Assembly (NCBI GenBank): GCA_002007295.1
Contig: LNZM01000156.1
Location: 11,730-75,729 of the forward strand
Direction: 5' to 3'
DNA length: 64,000 nucleotides
DNA from: Candidatus Epulonipiscioides saccharophilum
GTDB lineage: Bacteria; Bacillota; Clostridia; Lachnospirales; Cellulosilyticaceae
Shown: in pieces, positions 1-9,325 of the stretch
How positions within the stretch are numbered: the first letter of the stretch is position 1
Layout: every line of letters starts with the position of its first letter
The notes under the pieces: model-generated
Databases searched by the model: none
What the model saw: only the letters and a program-made list of their open reading frames with translations
What the model was told of the DNA's origin: nothing
Position numbers and translations under genes: made by a program

Positions 1-242
1 TAGCTTCTTCTCCATTCGAATAATATAGATAAAATATATTGAACCCTTTTTCAAAAAAATAATTTCCTATATCTCGCTTTTCTTTTTTTAGCCACACTTT
101 TACATATCCGCCCCCTGGGCATATTATAATCGATGGCCTTTTTTTGTCTTCATGTATATTACATACTACTGTAGTATTCGTCTTATTATACGGCTGAAAT
201 TCAAAAACTTTCAAAAATATCACCCTCTCTTTTCTATTAATA

Positions 243-1463
243 TTAACTTTCGAAATTTTCTTTATTTTCAAAATCCGCCAAATGTATTGAATCTATTAAA
301 TTTGAGTCTGTTGAATCTTCTGAAAATGAATGTACGTATTTCTTTAATTTTTCAAAAATTGAAAGCTTCTTCACATATTTTTCTGGATATAGCCAGCTAC
401 TCTTTAAAATCTCATCCTCTAATATGATATCAATCCGAGCAACTTGTAAATCTGTACTTACAGGTGCTTTTATTTCATCCGGTTTTGTTATGCTTAGAGT
501 AACTTTTTGCATTTCTTCTTTGGTTAATGGAATATCGATGCGCTCTTTTGATACTAGCTTTACTAATTCTTCTTTACCGTTTTTAATGGCTATGCTATCA
601 AATACTTGACCATCATCCATTAATGTGTACATTATATAATTGCTAAAAACATGCTCCATCATGTTTTTTACATCTGTATATTTACGTTCTTTACCTGCAA
701 AGCCAAAATTACCTAATGATACGCCAACTAAAGTCATTTCATTTCTAGTTGCTGATCCTACAAAACAATAGCCTGCTTTAGATGTGAATCCGGTTTTAAT
801 ACCATTGGCCCCTGCCATCCTATTTAAAAAGCCATTTTTGTTATGAAGCTCATGTTTTTTGGCTCCTTCTAATTCTGTTGTTGGTATAGTTTTTTCTGCT
901 GTATTTATTATTTCTACAAATTTCGGATTTTTTAATGCGTACGCTCCTATTATGGCCAAATCGTAGGGAGTAGAATAATGGCCGTCACTATCTAAACCAT
1001 TAGGTGTTTCAAAGTTTGTGTTTAGAGCACCTAATTCATGAGCTTTATCAGTCATCATCTCACAAAATTTTTCTACATTTCCACCAATATGTTCTGCTAT
1101 AGCTATCGCTGTGTCGTTATGTGATTGTAGCATTAAAGAATATAATAGATCACCTAAATACTGCTTTTCTCCTGTTTGAAGTTTTAAATCAACCGGCGGT
1201 GCTTTTGTCGCATTGGCAGATACTGTAACAACATCCTCTAAATTTCCTTCTTCTATCGCTAAAATGGCTGTCATTATTTTTGTAGTGCTTGCCATTGGAA
1301 GTTGTTCGTTTTCCTTTAAACCATATAATACTCGCATGCTACTTGTTTCTACAACTACGGCACCTTTTCCGCCTAGCGTACCTACTTTCGCTATTGTTGG
1401 TGAATTACTTAGGAAAATTAAAACCATCGCTATTACTGTCAATCCTATTTTCAATGTTGGCAC
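243..1463 (-). CDS. D-alanyl-D-alanine carboxypeptidase (peptidase S11, DacB/DacF-like)
   Basis: N-terminal signal/anchor; SxxK (ASTTK), SxN (SHN) and KTG motifs. Confidence 0.9.
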   Translation of the reverse strand: MPTLKIGLTVIAMVLIFLSNSPTIAKVGTLGGKGAVVVETSSMRVLYGLKENEQLPMASTTKIMTAILAIEEGNLEDVVTVSANATKAPPVDLKLQTGEKQYLGDLLYSLMLQSHNDTAIAIAEHIGGNVEKFCEMMTDKAHELGALNTNFETPNGLDSDGHYSTPYDLAIIGAYALKNPKFVEIINTAEKTIPTTELEGAKKHELHNKNGFLNRMAGANGIKTGFTSKAGYCFVGSATRNEMTLVGVSLGNFGFAGKERKYTDVKNMMEHVFSNYIMYTLMDDGQVFDSIAIKNGKEELVKLVSKERIDIPLTKEEMQKVTLSITKPDEIKAPVSTDLQVARIDIILEDEILKSSWLYPEKYVKKLSIFEKLKKYVHSFSEDSTDSNLIDSIHLADFENKENFES

Positions 1464-1602
1464 CTCTCCTAAATGATTTTACTTTTATATTTCCACCTAA
1501 TAAATTTTTTATACATGATTAACAAATTTTAAGCGCTCCCCCCCTTTTATTTTTTTCCATATTAAGTTATACTCAATGCATAATTTTGAAAGGAGTATGT
1601 TG

Positions 1603-2442
1603 ATGAAGCACATTTATTTAAACTTAAAACGTTTTGATTTACCACCAGAGTGCGGTGGAGTCAATAGAATATCCTCAATGAAAGATTGGGGGCCAACCAT
1701 TATCGAGAGTACACAAGGAGAACTCAAAAAATATCCGGATACCGAATTTGTAATGTATTTTCCAGAAGCTCATTTAATAGGAGCAAACAATGCTTTAGAT
1801 AATGATGCGAATTTAGAAATTGGCGCACAAAGTGTGTATCGAGCCGACACAGCTATTGGTGGAAATTTTGGTGCTTTTACAACAAACCGAACTGCGAATG
1901 TTGTTAAAGAAATAGGCGGATCAAGTGTAATTATAGGGCACTGCGAAGAACGTAACGACAAAATGGGTATTATCGCTGAAGCCGGAGTAACCGGGTCAGA
2001 AGCGACACAAGCGGTCAACCGAATTTTAAATGCTCAGATTAAAGAAGCTCAAAAAGCTGGCCTAAAAGTACTTTACTGTATTGGAGAAAAAGAAGAAGAG
2101 CTGGAAAATTGGGACCAAGTTCTAAAAGAGCAGCTAGAGATTGGCCTGGATGGAGTAGACAAAACTAAGGTAGTAATAGCATATGAGCCAATATGGAGTA
2201 TCGGCCCTGGAAAAACACCAGCAGACAAACCGTATATTACGAAAGTAGCCAAATTTGTAAAAGAGATAGCTGGCGAAAATATGGACGTTGTTTATGGCGG
2301 TGGTCTAAAAAGTGATAATGCAAAAATGTTAGCTAGCATTCCAGAAATAGCTGGTGGCCTAATTGCATTAACTAGATTCAGTGGAGAAATCGGTTTTTAT
2401 CCTAATGAATATTTAGAAATAATAGATTTATATTTAAATTAA
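1603..2442 (+). CDS. Divergent triosephosphate isomerase family protein
   Basis: TIM motifs NLK, GHCEER, AYEPIWSIG, YGGGLK; start moved to ATG 1603 behind the AAGGAG RBS (ORF track starts at 1576). Confidence 0.85.
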   Translation: MKHIYLNLKRFDLPPECGGVNRISSMKDWGPTIIESTQGELKKYPDTEFVMYFPEAHLIGANNALDNDANLEIGAQSVYRADTAIGGNFGAFTTNRTANVVKEIGGSSVIIGHCEERNDKMGIIAEAGVTGSEATQAVNRILNAQIKEAQKAGLKVLYCIGEKEEELENWDQVLKEQLEIGLDGVDKTKVVIAYEPIWSIGPGKTPADKPYITKVAKFVKEIAGENMDVVYGGGLKSDNAKMLASIPEIAGGLIALTRFSGEIGFYPNEYLEIIDLYLN

Positions 2443-2607
2443 AGTATGGACGTTGTTTATGACGGTGGACTAAAAAGTGATAATGCAAAAATGTTAGCTA
2501 GCATTCCAGAAATAGCTGATGGCCTAATTGCATTAACTAGATTTAGTGTTGAAATTGGATTTTACCCTAATGAATATTTAGAAATAATAGATTTATATTT
2601 AAATTAA
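2280..2607 (+). repeat. 165-bp-period tandem duplication of the TIM gene 3' end (2280-2442 / 2445-2607)
   Basis: Direct alignment: 9 substitutions over about 163 nt; both copies end in TAA. Confidence 0.97.
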
Positions 2608-2638
2608 TTAAACTAATACCAAAGGAGATTTTAAGAAT

Positions 2639-4099
2639 ATGAATGTATCATTAGAATATGGTCAAGGACTAGTTGACGTAACATTACCGGACAGTGCAGA
2701 TATTTTTATCCCGGGGGAAACAGTACTGGATCCACCTTGTATTCCGGAAGATAAATTAGTTGAAGAAACTTTAAAAGCTATCAGAAACCCATTAGGAATG
2801 GAGCCGTTAACTAAATTAGCTAATGCTGATTCTAAAGTAACGATTGTTTTTCCAGACCGAGTAAAAGGTGGAGAGCAACCAACTTCACATAGAAAAGTAT
2901 CTATAAAGTTAATATTGGAAGAACTTTATAGTGTAGGTGTAAAAAAAGAAAATATTTTATTAATCTGTTCGAATGGATTGCACCGTAAAAATACGGAACA
3001 AGAGCATCGTGGCGTTTTAGGCGATGAACTATATAATCAGTTTGCACCATACGGCCAAGTTATAAATCATGACAGTGAAGACTGGGATCACCTAGTAGAT
3101 TTAGGAACAACCGAAGCCGGAGATCCAGTAATCATGAATAAGTATGTATATGATAGCGACGTGGCGATAATGATCGGCCACACGCAAGGAAATCCGTACG
3201 GAGGATATTCTGGAGGCTATAAGCATTCGTCCACAGGCATAACACACTGGAGATCCATCGCATCACATCACGTACCAAAAGTAATGCACCGAGAAGACTT
3301 TACGCCAGTAAATTCTAAATCTTTAATGCGAAATAAATTCGATGCTATCAGCATGCACATGGAAAAATGCATGGGTAAAAAATTCTTCTGTGTAGACGCT
3401 GTACTTGATACAAAATCTCGTCAAATAGCTATATTCGCTGGTGCACCAGAAGTTATGCAACCCGAATCTTGGAAGGTAGCAGATAAGAGAACTTATGTAC
3501 CATGGGCGAAGAAAAAATATAACGTGTTAGTTTTCGGAATGCCTCAATTTTTCCATTATGGAGATGGCATGGGTACAAATCCGATAATGTTAATGCAAGC
3601 AATCTCTGCACAAATCGTAAGATTAAAAAGAGTATTAGCAGATAACTGCGTAGTAATTTGCTCTTCTATATGTAATGGATTTTTAAACGAAGATTTATGG
3701 CCATATTTAACTCCATTATATGATTTATTTCAAAGAAATGAAATGCAAACGTTACCAGATTTAAATAGATACGGAGAGTATTATGCTACAAACGAAGAAT
3801 ATATCAGACAATACAGATATACGAATGCTTTCCATCCTTTCCATGGATTCTCAATGATATCGTCAGCTCATATTGCGGAAAAAAATACAGCAGCAATCTA
3901 TTTATGTGGCGCAAAAGTTCCTGGATTTGCCAGAGGAATGGGTCTAAAAACTCGTGCTACTATCGAAGACGCATTAGCACATGCTATGAAAACAATAGTT
4001 GGGCCAGAGCCTAACATTCTTGTTTTACCAAAAACATTTAAATGCAGTGCTGTTCATCTTATGATGGAAGGCGACAACCCAAACGTAAGTTCAAAATAA
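2639..4099 (+). CDS. Lactate racemase (LarA) superfamily, nickel-pincer-dependent epimerase/racemase-like protein
   Basis: LarA-like motifs PDRVKGG, NGLHRK, HDSED, GYSGGYK; AAGGAG RBS. Confidence 0.8.
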   Translation: MNVSLEYGQGLVDVTLPDSADIFIPGETVLDPPCIPEDKLVEETLKAIRNPLGMEPLTKLANADSKVTIVFPDRVKGGEQPTSHRKVSIKLILEELYSVGVKKENILLICSNGLHRKNTEQEHRGVLGDELYNQFAPYGQVINHDSEDWDHLVDLGTTEAGDPVIMNKYVYDSDVAIMIGHTQGNPYGGYSGGYKHSSTGITHWRSIASHHVPKVMHREDFTPVNSKSLMRNKFDAISMHMEKCMGKKFFCVDAVLDTKSRQIAIFAGAPEVMQPESWKVADKRTYVPWAKKKYNVLVFGMPQFFHYGDGMGTNPIMLMQAISAQIVRLKRVLADNCVVICSSICNGFLNEDLWPYLTPLYDLFQRNEMQTLPDLNRYGEYYATNEEYIRQYRYTNAFHPFHGFSMISSAHIAEKNTAAIYLCGAKVPGFARGMGLKTRATIEDALAHAMKTIVGPEPNILVLPKTFKCSAVHLMMEGDNPNVSSK

Positions 4100-4113
4100 T
4101 AAAATAAATAATC

Positions 4114-4153
4114 CAAGCCCTTGGACTCTTGATATGAGTTCTGGGGCTTTTTT
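4114..4153 (+). terminator. Intrinsic terminator after the LarA-like gene
   Basis: AAGCCC..GACTC-loop-GAGTTC..GGGGCTTTTTT hairpin plus T tract. Confidence 0.75.
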
Positions 4154-5000
4154 GTTTTGCTTTTTGTAGCAAATTTCTCATCCTTTTCAAAAACACTTCC
4201 TTAATATATTGTTAGAATTATCTGGGAATTATTTTAATGCTGAAAAAATAATAACGGTCGAATAAGCGTTTCCAAGGCAAGACATCCATTTATGTATTGC
4301 ATATGTAGTATAAATGAAATAATAAATCTATTGAAAATAATTCGATATTGTACTAGCATAAAAAATAAGAACATAGCTGAAACATGATCGAAGACTTTCC
4401 GCCTAGCTGACTGAGAAGTTAGATTCAATCCTTTAGAGTTAAGTTAATCATACAGCAATAACATTACAATAAAATAACAGGAAACCTCAAAATTAATGTT
4501 AATTGTGTAATAATTTAAAGTCAAGCGTAAAAGTACAATAATAAAATGATATGTACATATATATAAGGCCATTGTATTTTTAACTGAATCACTTTTGAAT
4601 TCGATATTATAACCACTTAAACTGAAACTCCGTTCTTAGGTATTGACTAAAGAATATATACACTAATATAGTTTCCCTAAGACTTTCGCTATCAATAGTT
4701 CCAACGAATTAATTTAGCGATAGCATTACGCCCGTTTCAAGACACTGTCTATACAAGATTTAAAAAGAAAATAAATGGCATTTATAAATCTTTGTTCCAT
4801 CTTATTATTTGTAGGATTACCTGAAAAAATTAAATTCTTATATTTCGTGAATCGCATTTATAAATCTTTGTACCGTCTTAATGGCTCCTTTTCTCATTAT
4901 TTATGGGATTGCCTGCAAAAATTAAATTATTCTTGAAATTAAATTCTTATGTTAGAGTCAAAGTGCATATAATTAGATTAAAAACATAAGGAGGTTATGG

Positions 5001-7316
5001 ATGCAAGGATTAGTTTATGCAACCAAAAATATTTCCGGTAGTTTTATACCACTTAGTGACTCAATTCACTTTATTTCAAAATTAGAAAACAGTTTTTCAC
5101 AAGACAGATCAGACAAAGATTTACAGGATAATTATATAGAAGGATATCCAAAGATAAAGTTTTTAGAATTAGAAAGATTAGAGCCTATTAAACCTCCTGC
5201 CGATTACTTTTTTGCTGTAATCTCAGGTAGAGTGACAAATTCTTTGCATGAAAAAGCGCCCTTGTTTTACGAAGTTCCAATCGAAGCAATGTTGGCTCAG
5301 TATTTAGAAGCTGTGGCCGAAATTTTATTATACGCAATCAAAATTCAAAAAAAGCCTATTTTGTATAGTGTTTTTGATCATATCCAGTTAGGTGATAACT
5401 ACTTGTTAGATAAACTTATAAGGGACTGGATTAGTACTGTAAATGGGATTGCTATATTTTATAATAGTCATGCTAATGTATATTCTCAAATACAAAATAT
5501 TTTCAATTCAATCAATTATTCTATGGATACCAATGAATTACCAAATCACACATTTTTAAAAATCTCTTCTCTAAAAAACATTTCAGATATAAATCAATTA
5601 TATAAGCCTAAAATTCCAACAAGAACAACCGACAGCTCACTTTACGAAGACCTTTTTTATAGAATAATTCCTGACAGTGAAACAATTTATGCTACTCTCA
5701 ATCCTTTGGCCCCTACGGATCCGGAATTTTACGAGAAGTTAAATTTAACTTATATTCCGCTTCTTCACATTGGTGGACTAATTAACGGCAAGAAAAAAGA
5801 TTTTGATAACGCCAAAAATGCAATACAAGAATATATAAATTTAGAATATGATTTATCAATTTTAACTGCACCTAAAATCACACAAACAACTATAGATAAA
5901 AACTTAATAACTAAGAAACCCTCCATTGATAAAATAGACGACGGCAGTAGTGTGATAATTGGCGTTATAGACACTCAAAATATCCAAATTAATCATCCGA
6001 TGTTGATACACGATGATGGTAAATCCAAGATCGAATATATATTCGATCAGCAAACAGAAGGCGAACTTTACAACGAAGATATCAATGATCTAATCCCTCT
6101 GCAAGAGGATTTAACCAAGTTAACCGACGGTACAGCATTGATGCTTTTGGCTAATGGCTATGACAGCCAAAATTCTACAACTAATTATTTGCCGAATGTT
6201 CACTATGTAGCCGCAAAAATAAAGCCGGCATCAAAAGGGTTGCAAAACATTTTTGGTGGACAATTCAATCCGAAGGCTGTGCTGATAGAAGATATTTTAA
6301 TATGTATAACCAAGTTAATAGAGTACGCAGCAAAAGAGAAAAAACCAATAGTTCTTTGCATACAGTACGGTTCAAATATATCTAGTCATGATGGGACGAC
6401 TTACCTAGAGCGCATTTTAACACAATACGCCGGATTAAGCGGAGTATCCATAGTTAGTACGGTCGGATCCGAAGGGGATAAAAGACATCATAAGCGAAAT
6501 AATACGCACAGCGTTTCGCATGCATCAATAATGATAACTAAGCCGAATCAAAACATTGTTGCAGTAATGTGGACCATGTATCCAGGTGGCGTAAGTGCAA
6601 CGTTGCAAAACAAGTTAACTGGAGAAAAATATAGTTTAGACGATTCGGAAAGTTATGTAGTCGGCAACGGTACACTTTATGTTCAGGGCAAGCAAATTAG
6701 TGCAAATAACGGATCAGTTTATTTAATGTTTAGGTTAGAAAACTTTGATCCAGGCGAATATATAGTAATAAACGATTTAAATCATCCACAAACGGGAATA
6801 GTAGATTTCTGGCTAGCAGAAACTAATTTAAATCCTGCAAGTCACTTAAAAGACTCAGATGCACTCATAACAATTACATCTATTTCAAATATAAATGGAA
6901 CAATATGTGTAGGTGCCTATGATCCTACTACCTTGACAATAACACGAGAATCAGGAAGAGGATATACACGAGTTGGAAATATTTTACCGACATGCGTTAT
7001 TGATGCCGTAAATATATTAGCACCATTAAACGAAATGCAAAGTGTTACGCTAAACGGCCCCTCTGTTGCTTTAGGCTTAATGGCCGGAGAAGCAGCTGGT
7101 ATATATAGCATACTAATAAAAAAACAATCACCTTATTTACCAAATACACCGGTAATGTCATATTGGTTAAGTGCAAATCTAAGTCAATTAGGAACTATAT
7201 CATATCCAAACGAGCGCCAAGGATACGGTATATATACATTGCAAAACCTTAAAAATTGGTTATTAATTAATGGTATTATAAATGGGACTGAAGGGGTTGA
7301 AATGAATGTACTTTAA
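5001..7316 (+). CDS. Degenerate S8 subtilase (CspC-like pseudoprotease) with a ~300-aa N-terminal extension
   Basis: Csp-like segments GVIDTQ, YIFDQQTEG, GSEGDKRHH, CVGAYD, YPNERQGYG; catalytic His replaced (TDGTALM) and GTS changed to GPS; AAGGAGG RBS. Confidence 0.75.
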   Translation: MQGLVYATKNISGSFIPLSDSIHFISKLENSFSQDRSDKDLQDNYIEGYPKIKFLELERLEPIKPPADYFFAVISGRVTNSLHEKAPLFYEVPIEAMLAQYLEAVAEILLYAIKIQKKPILYSVFDHIQLGDNYLLDKLIRDWISTVNGIAIFYNSHANVYSQIQNIFNSINYSMDTNELPNHTFLKISSLKNISDINQLYKPKIPTRTTDSSLYEDLFYRIIPDSETIYATLNPLAPTDPEFYEKLNLTYIPLLHIGGLINGKKKDFDNAKNAIQEYINLEYDLSILTAPKITQTTIDKNLITKKPSIDKIDDGSSVIIGVIDTQNIQINHPMLIHDDGKSKIEYIFDQQTEGELYNEDINDLIPLQEDLTKLTDGTALMLLANGYDSQNSTTNYLPNVHYVAAKIKPASKGLQNIFGGQFNPKAVLIEDILICITKLIEYAAKEKKPIVLCIQYGSNISSHDGTTYLERILTQYAGLSGVSIVSTVGSEGDKRHHKRNNTHSVSHASIMITKPNQNIVAVMWTMYPGGVSATLQNKLTGEKYSLDDSESYVVGNGTLYVQGKQISANNGSVYLMFRLENFDPGEYIVINDLNHPQTGIVDFWLAETNLNPASHLKDSDALITITSISNINGTICVGAYDPTTLTITRESGRGYTRVGNILPTCVIDAVNILAPLNEMQSVTLNGPSVALGLMAGEAAGIYSILIKKQSPYLPNTPVMSYWLSANLSQLGTISYPNERQGYGIYTLQNLKNWLLINGIINGTEGVEMNVL

Positions 7317-9072
7317 TAATATTCTAAGCCCACAAATTCAATTAATGCTCGATTATCCTTATGGCCAGTTACCGCTTTCTTTTTTTAGTACGACCGGGAT
7401 GAAAGATGGAGATATATGGGACGTACTTGTGCATTATAGAGGAAATCTTAATTTGCCAAACGATGTACATAAAGTAACAATTTTAAATGACAATTATGCA
7501 ACTCTTTCGGTGCATCGCAATTTAATAAAAAAGATATCTATGATACCGGAAATAAACTATATTTCGTTACCAGAAGTAATGAATTATATTATGTACGAAG
7601 AAAAAGCGGAGGTTTGTGGTAGCCGGCTAGATACCAAAGAAAGTGGTTACAATGTTAATGGGGACGGAGTATATTTTGGATTAATAGATAGCGGTATAGA
7701 CTACACTCATCCAGATTTTATCAACGAAGATGGTAGCAGTCGAATATTATACCTTTGGGACCAAACGATAGAAGGCAAACCACCCAAAGGATTTAATCAT
7801 GGAACGGAGTATAGCAATGAAGAAATAAATAATGCATTAAAAAGTGCTAAGCCTTTCGATTTGGTTCCGTCTAAGGACGAAATAAATCATGGAACAGCCT
7901 TATGTTCGATAGCAGTGGGCAATGGGCGAGGTGATAAAAAATATAAAGGGATTGCGCCAAAAGCTTCTTTAATCATAGTAAAGGCTGGCCAAGAAGGTAG
8001 TGCCGAGATTAAGGGGAAATTTCGGGGGCCAAGAAATACAGAAATAATGATGGGCCTTAAATATTTAGTAGAAAAATCTCAAGCAGCAAATAAACCGATT
8101 AGTATTTTACTTGGTGTAGGTTTTGAACTTGGGGCACATAACGGAGCTAGTCCTTTAGCAGAGTATATAGATTATATTACTGAAAACTGGAAAGTAAACG
8201 TCACAGTTGGAGCCGGAAATCAGGCTAGCCAAGAATGTCATACAGCTGGAGTAGTAAAGTCAAATGAATCGGAAAAAATTAGTATTTTCATAGATAATGG
8301 GCAACCTTATTATATAGCAACGATTTGTAAAAATTTCATTGATAGTTTTGGAGTCCGGGTGATTACACCAAATGGAGAAAAAACCAGTTTATTAACAAGA
8401 GAAGAAATTAATAGTAATACCATAGTCGGAGATTTAATCATTTCGATCAATTTTTCGCAAGCGACACCTATAAGCCAAGGAGAGCAGATTATCATATTTA
8501 TAGATTCTATAAGTGGTTCAGAAATTTCAGATGGAAATTGGACAATAGAGTTGGTCGGATTTTTTGTCTTAGACGGAATTTACGATGCCTGGAGCAACAC
8601 GCTAGAACCATATAATAGGAAGATGAGATTTGATGCACCGGTCAAAAAAATGACGATAACAATTCCGGCGACTTCAATATCAGCAACTAGCGTGGGGGCT
8701 ACAAGTAGCAATGGACTGGATATAGCAACATTTTCGGGTCAAGGATATATGGATGGAGACTCAGTTAAGCCAGACATTTGTGCACCCGGAATCGAAGTCA
8801 GTGTCGCTTCAGCTGGCGGAGGCTATCGAAAAGTGACTGGCACGAGTGCTTCGGCCGCCTTCGTAGCTGGAGCCTATTTATTAATGTTAGAATATGGCAT
8901 GCGACAAATGAGTGATGACGACTATTTATATGGCGAAATGTTGAAAGCTTATCTTTTAAGAACGGCTAAACGACCTTTTGGAACCACTTTTCCGAATACA
9001 GAATGGGGTTATGGCGAACTGTGCATTAAATCTGCACTTCAACTATTAAGTACATTATATGATTCTTTATAG
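7306..9072 (+). CDS. S8 subtilase, Csp (CspA/CspB) germination protease family
   Basis: GLIDSGID, NHGT, GAGNQ, GTSASA triad motifs; WGYG tail; overlaps the upstream gene. Confidence 0.85.
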   Translation: MYFNNILSPQIQLMLDYPYGQLPLSFFSTTGMKDGDIWDVLVHYRGNLNLPNDVHKVTILNDNYATLSVHRNLIKKISMIPEINYISLPEVMNYIMYEEKAEVCGSRLDTKESGYNVNGDGVYFGLIDSGIDYTHPDFINEDGSSRILYLWDQTIEGKPPKGFNHGTEYSNEEINNALKSAKPFDLVPSKDEINHGTALCSIAVGNGRGDKKYKGIAPKASLIIVKAGQEGSAEIKGKFRGPRNTEIMMGLKYLVEKSQAANKPISILLGVGFELGAHNGASPLAEYIDYITENWKVNVTVGAGNQASQECHTAGVVKSNESEKISIFIDNGQPYYIATICKNFIDSFGVRVITPNGEKTSLLTREEINSNTIVGDLIISINFSQATPISQGEQIIIFIDSISGSEISDGNWTIELVGFFVLDGIYDAWSNTLEPYNRKMRFDAPVKKMTITIPATSISATSVGATSSNGLDIATFSGQGYMDGDSVKPDICAPGIEVSVASAGGGYRKVTGTSASAAFVAGAYLLMLEYGMRQMSDDDYLYGEMLKAYLLRTAKRPFGTTFPNTEWGYGELCIKSALQLLSTLYDSL

Positions 9073-9080
9073 ACTGTGCG

Positions 9081-9284
9081 GTGCACTTAGACCCATCCGG
9101 GAACGGTGGAAGTTGAAAAGGTCAAGTGCGTCGCTTCGCTCTACTCTATCCGTATAGTCCTCCTTTCTGAGGGGGAAAACCACGAAGTGGCAAGGTTGGA
9201 GTAACGCTGTCATCTTCCCAACCTCTCAGTCACTTCGTGACAGCTCTCCTAAAAGGAGAGCCTATGCGGAAGGCTTAAGTGCAC
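9081..9284. repeat. MITE/REP-like palindromic element with a 9-bp terminal inverted repeat
   Basis: GTGCACTTA (9081) / TAAGTGCAC (9276); internal core 9218-9261 nearly identical to the reverse complement of 16647-16692. Confidence 0.7.
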
Positions 9285-9325
9285 AATTTTCCTTGAAGGA
9301 TTATATCTTAGAAAGGAAGTTACAC

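Noticed and set aside
1-97. Possible minus-strand CDS running off the window start (GTG at 97)
   Set aside because: Only 32 codons are visible, with awkward RBS spacing; it cannot be supported without flanking sequence.
4200-4780. IS3-family transposase remnant (minus frame WMSCLGNAYSTVIIFSALK)
   Set aside because: Resemblance to the SMSxxGNxxDNA motif is marginal, with no supporting DDE segments or terminal repeats; left as unresolved decayed sequence, including a degraded duplication at about 4779-4950.
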